DNA from: Pseudomonadota bacterium
Lineage (GTDB): Bacteria > Pseudomonadota > Alphaproteobacteria > Paracaedibacterales > CAIOTO01
Length of the DNA stretch: 64,000 nt
NCBI GenBank assembly: GCA_040387495.1
Contig: JAZKDQ010000003.1
Location: 1-64,000, forward strand
Direction of reading: 5' to 3'
Made by a program: the position numbers and the translations under genes. The notes under the pieces were generated by a model. That model was not told the origin of the DNA and searched no databases. It was given only the letters and a program-made list of their open reading frames with translations. Position 1 is the first letter of the stretch. Each line of letters begins with the position of its first letter. Below, piece after piece: positions 63,346 to 64,000 of this stretch.

Positions 63346-63870
63346 ATGAAAAAACACATTACCGTAATTCTTTTAAGTTCTGCCTTTATCACGTTGACAG
63401 GCTGCGACACATTTAGAAACACATTTGGCCTAGACCATTATCAAGCTGATGAATTTAATATAAGTGATAACCCACCACTAAGCATGCCACCAAACTATAA
63501 TTTAGCGCCGCCTGCAAACAATGCATCTGAAAATTCAGAGAAAAAAAAGGCTGACGACGAGAATACGACAAAAAAGGCAAAAGAAGCTTTGTTGGGTCGT
63601 GCAGAAAAAACAAAAAATTCTTCTACAAATAGTGGAAAAATTATTGTTAAAAAAGCATCTGAGGTTCAAAAACCAGATCCAGAAATCCGCAAGACGGTCA
63701 CAGAAGAAAAAGATTCTCTATCAAGTGATTCAAATTCATTCCCAGATAAATTAGCAAAAATAGGGCAAGAAATCGCTAAGAATGCCAAAAACACATCAAC
63801 TGAAGCAGATAAACCAGAAAAAAATATTTTATCTGCTGCCCAAGTAAAAACGGAGCAAAGCTCCTCATGA
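63346..63870 (+). CDS. Lipoprotein, DUF3035-like
   Basis: Lipobox LTGC; DEF...PPLSMPPNYNLAPP; position after lspA. Confidence 0.78.
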   Translation: MKKHITVILLSSAFITLTGCDTFRNTFGLDHYQADEFNISDNPPLSMPPNYNLAPPANNASENSEKKKADDENTTKKAKEALLGRAEKTKNSSTNSGKIIVKKASEVQKPDPEIRKTVTEEKDSLSSDSNSFPDKLAKIGQEIAKNAKNTSTEADKPEKNILSAAQVKTEQSSS

Positions 63871-64000
63871 GAAATTGGCTGAGAGGCGCTTTATACATAG
63901 GGTGCATTTTTTTTACAACGGAGAATCATCTAATGGCCTCACAACCTTATTGCCCCATGCCAACAAAAACTAAACACGCCTCCGTGGCACCTATTGATAT
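63867..64000 (+). CDS. 5' part of an ORF running off the window
   Basis: ATGA overlap with the previous gene; open frame MRNWLRGALYIGCIFFTTENHLMASQPYC... to the window end. Confidence 0.5.
   Translation, partial: MRNWLRGALYIGCIFFTTENHLMASQPYCPMPTKTKHASVAPID

Overview
AT-rich chromosomal segment of an alphaproteobacterium. Gene content and the many lineage-specific signal-peptide proteins suggest a Holosporales/Rickettsiales-type protist endosymbiont (inference). Core genes: murJ, lolD, hslVU, icd, fumC, nuoJKLM, coxBA-ctaB, ctaA, dnaKJ, dapF, secA, accA, lspA, tRNA-His and tRNA-Arg. Also present: scattered motility genes (csrA-fliI, flhF, cheW-like), short intergenic palindromic repeats and several pseudogenes (acetoacetyl-CoA synthetase, umuC, a pepF fragment, a GH5 hydrolase). 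An apparent strand-composition switch near 36.75 kb coincides with the pepF truncation. Best candidate for a novel system: a ClpX-family AAA+ unfoldase (6028-8052) with a signal peptide, intact ATPase and pore motifs, no Zn-finger, RKH or IGF (ClpP-docking) elements, and a C-terminal Hb-Y-X tripeptide like proteasome activators. It may be an exported unfoldase that docks on the host 20S proteasome (hypothesis). Other exported NTP-dependent enzymes (a GTPase, a PfkB kinase) and a tandem pair of secreted proteins sharing a four-cysteine domain are also notable. All calls are by eye; no database searches were run.
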